Positions 61,621-64,000 of a stretch of 64,000 nucleotides of DNA are shown piece after piece (position 1 is the stretch's first letter; each line of letters begins with the position of its first letter). The translations under genes and the position numbers were made by a program. The notes beneath the pieces were generated by a model. The model was not told the origin of the DNA. It saw only the letters and a list, made by a program, of their open reading frames with translations, and searched no databases. This DNA comes from Octopus sinensis (taxonomy: Eukaryota), in NCBI RefSeq assembly GCF_006345805.1, contig NC_043015.1:34844001-34908000 (forward strand), written 5' to 3'.

Positions 61621-64000
61621 AAAGCATCACGGTTGGTGCAGTTTCATCAGAGTCCTTGCCCTCTGTCATTTCAGCATAAAGTGAGCCACATAAAGATATG
61701 TATCTATCAACCTACCCATTTATAAACGTAGGTGTCATCCCATTTCCTTATTACTGCTCTGTCTTCATCCAACCTTTTGTTCTGAAACATATGTATATTG
61801 AGTTCTACACTAGGTTATTAGTCTTGCATAATATTAAAATACATATATATGAAATGTATGCATGTATATAGTTCTTCCATACACCATCTTGTAATGCACC
61901 TGAATGTATCATCATTGACCTTTCTTGGGGTCATTCAGTGTTTTGGGTTTTTCAACAATCAGTCACTCAGCCAAGTGACCCAACCAAGGTTAACTGATCA
62001 CTACCCCTGCTAAGGCTCGCACTTTCTAATTCACAGTAACCTTAACCCTCTCAGACCTGGTCCCCTATGCCTAACTGTACCCTCCACCTGGGGTCCTGAG
62101 CAAAGAAATAATTATACAGTTCAAGAGTAGTGATTGCAAACAAACTAATGGACAAAACCACAAAAAGGGGGGGGGGATAATCATAATATAATGAGAAGGT
62201 CTATTTCTCAATGACTGTGTTTGTCCATTGCTGAACAGAACCACAGAAAAATCCAGGAGACTAACAATAATAGGCTTATCTCTCACTACTTTGCTCATCT
62301 CTTTCTCCAGTTTGGTTGTCTGACTGACTTTCATAGTCTGCATAAGGGCAAACTCTTCATGCAAAGAATAAATACCAGTAATTTCCTCAACTGTAAAGAG
62401 TCTCCTTTACCAGACAAAATGCTGGGTTCATCACACATTCATTTCATCACAAGAAAAATCTTTTTTTTTCTTTCCAATTAAAAACAAAAATAAACAACAG
62501 CTGTTGGGGATGCAATAAACAATGAGTCTAAACAAATTTGACTAAATGGTTGCAACATGATTGATTATCTGTTTTTAGTAAACTATCTTCTTTTTGTACG
62601 TGTGTTGCTCATTACTAATTTAACAGGAATTTGGTAAAGATTATAGTTATGCTATCCCCACTATACCAAGAACATGGTGCAGTAGGGTTCAGGCAACTTC
62701 TACTGCCTCTATGCCACCTTGACAGCATCTTGCCTACTGGTTCCCCTAATGCTTGACATTATAAAGGGACTGGCCTGTGAACTCTCTGCATCTTACCTCC
62801 ATCGGATCAAACCTTGCTACCCATTGTTTTGACATAACCAGCTCAGCATATTTTCTTCTCTTACTCTCATCTGTCTTCTCAAAATGTATTTGTAAAATAT
62901 ATTTATACACACACAAATGCAGGCATGATTATGTGGTTAAGTTCTTTTCAGAACTACATGAGTAGCGGTTTGGTTGCATTGCATAGATATACTTTAACTG
63001 CAGAGAGAGACACTTACAGAGACATGCATAGACCACTACGCATTGACATACAGATTAGTGAAAGGTGAGGAAGGAGAACAAGAGCATATTAGGTCATTAG
63101 GATTTTATAAGAGATGAAAAAAGGCTTTGGAAAAGTTGGACAATGTAGTGGCGCTAGCTTATGTGCATGTGTGTGTGTGTGTGTATGCATCTGCAGATTA
63201 CCTACTCTATTAAAAGCAAAATGCTTTATTAAAAAAGCATCTTTAAGCCCACCCTCTTGATCAAGCTTTCATACTTTACTACATGCAATACTGCTGACAT
63301 AATACATCATCTCAATTATTAGAAATTATTCCATCTACCTGTGAGTAAAACTAACAATACCTGTGTGAAACCTTCCAACCTTCTGCTGGTGCCTTGTCAA
63401 CTCTCAGCAGTCTAGGTGAGTGACCTATACCCAAGATTGCAATATGAGGTCTAGCGCACTACTAACGCCCTACAACAGGCCCAAGAATCTTACAAAAACA
63501 ACTGGATACCCCATTGCCACCAACTCAAGCAAAACAGCAGTAACAACATGAACAATGGCACCCCAATTGGAGCCAGCCAAAACAGAAGCAGCAGCACCAA
63601 TAGGCATCCTTAAAGTGTAAAAAGACTCCCAACACTAAAGAAACACCTTCACTTCCTCCCTCAGCTTTCTCCCTGGATCAGTGGTCTTACCAATTGAGAA
63701 GAAGTTAAAACAACAACAAAATTCTGTAACAGAGGGAAGGGGACAGTGAAAAACAAAAGCTGGTTCATTCAAAAGGACAGCAAATACTCTTGAAGCACAT
63801 GACATGACCAATGCATCACTACAGTCTTAACCACAACAGCATCAGCAACAACTGAAACAAAAATCGCAGTTAGAACCACATAAAAAAATAAAAAATAAAA
63901 CAGCACTCAAAGCAAATCACAGAAGAAAATGACATTAATTTCAGCCATGTTCAAACGAGCGATATTGACTTGATGGAGAAGGTAATAAGAAGCAACAAAA

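Noticed and set aside
62071-62364. 97-aa minus-strand ORF (...DKPIIVSLLDFS...)
   Set aside because: Only a faint resemblance to a decayed LINE RT motif; insufficient to call.
63360-64000. CA-rich, strand-biased segment resembling LINE ORF1 remains
   Set aside because: Many stops, no diagnostic motif, and truncated by the window end.
1-64000. CRISPR arrays, rRNA, spliceosomal snRNAs, telomeric arrays, prokaryotic operons
   Set aside because: None seen; the sequence is eukaryotic and the repeats are microsatellites or transposon-derived.

Overview
Repeat-dense, AT-rich animal genomic DNA. The repeat families (tRNA-derived SINEs, RTE LINE tails ending in (CAT)n, long TA/CA tracts) match my recollection of Octopus repeats; this is recognition, not a database search. 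One complete protein-coding gene can be assembled by hand, although it is absent from the ORF track: a six-exon BLOC1S3-like gene (BLOC-1 subunit 3, 193 aa, + strand, CDS 16597-35551, all introns GT-AG and phase-consistent, including a 20-nt microexon). There is one intact tRNA-Leu(TAA) gene (11297-11379, -). A CpG-retaining, promoter-like island at about 39.5-41 kb has a candidate first exon whose downstream exons I could not resolve. The rest is decayed mobile DNA: a Ty3/gypsy remnant, putative solo LTRs, three Penelope-like fragments, CR1 and RTE LINE pieces, several Tc1/mariner fragments, an internally deleted piggyBac plus piggyBac-type MITEs, non-autonomous Helitrons and SINEs. Most short ORFs in the track are microsatellite artefacts. 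I found no demonstrably new biological system. The best leads are a minimal hammerhead-ribozyme-like motif next to a Penelope element, long foldback palindromes, a CpG-decay footprint that tracks gene bodies, a roughly 250-bp duplication abutting a Helitron 3' end, and orphan exon candidates of an unidentified second gene.
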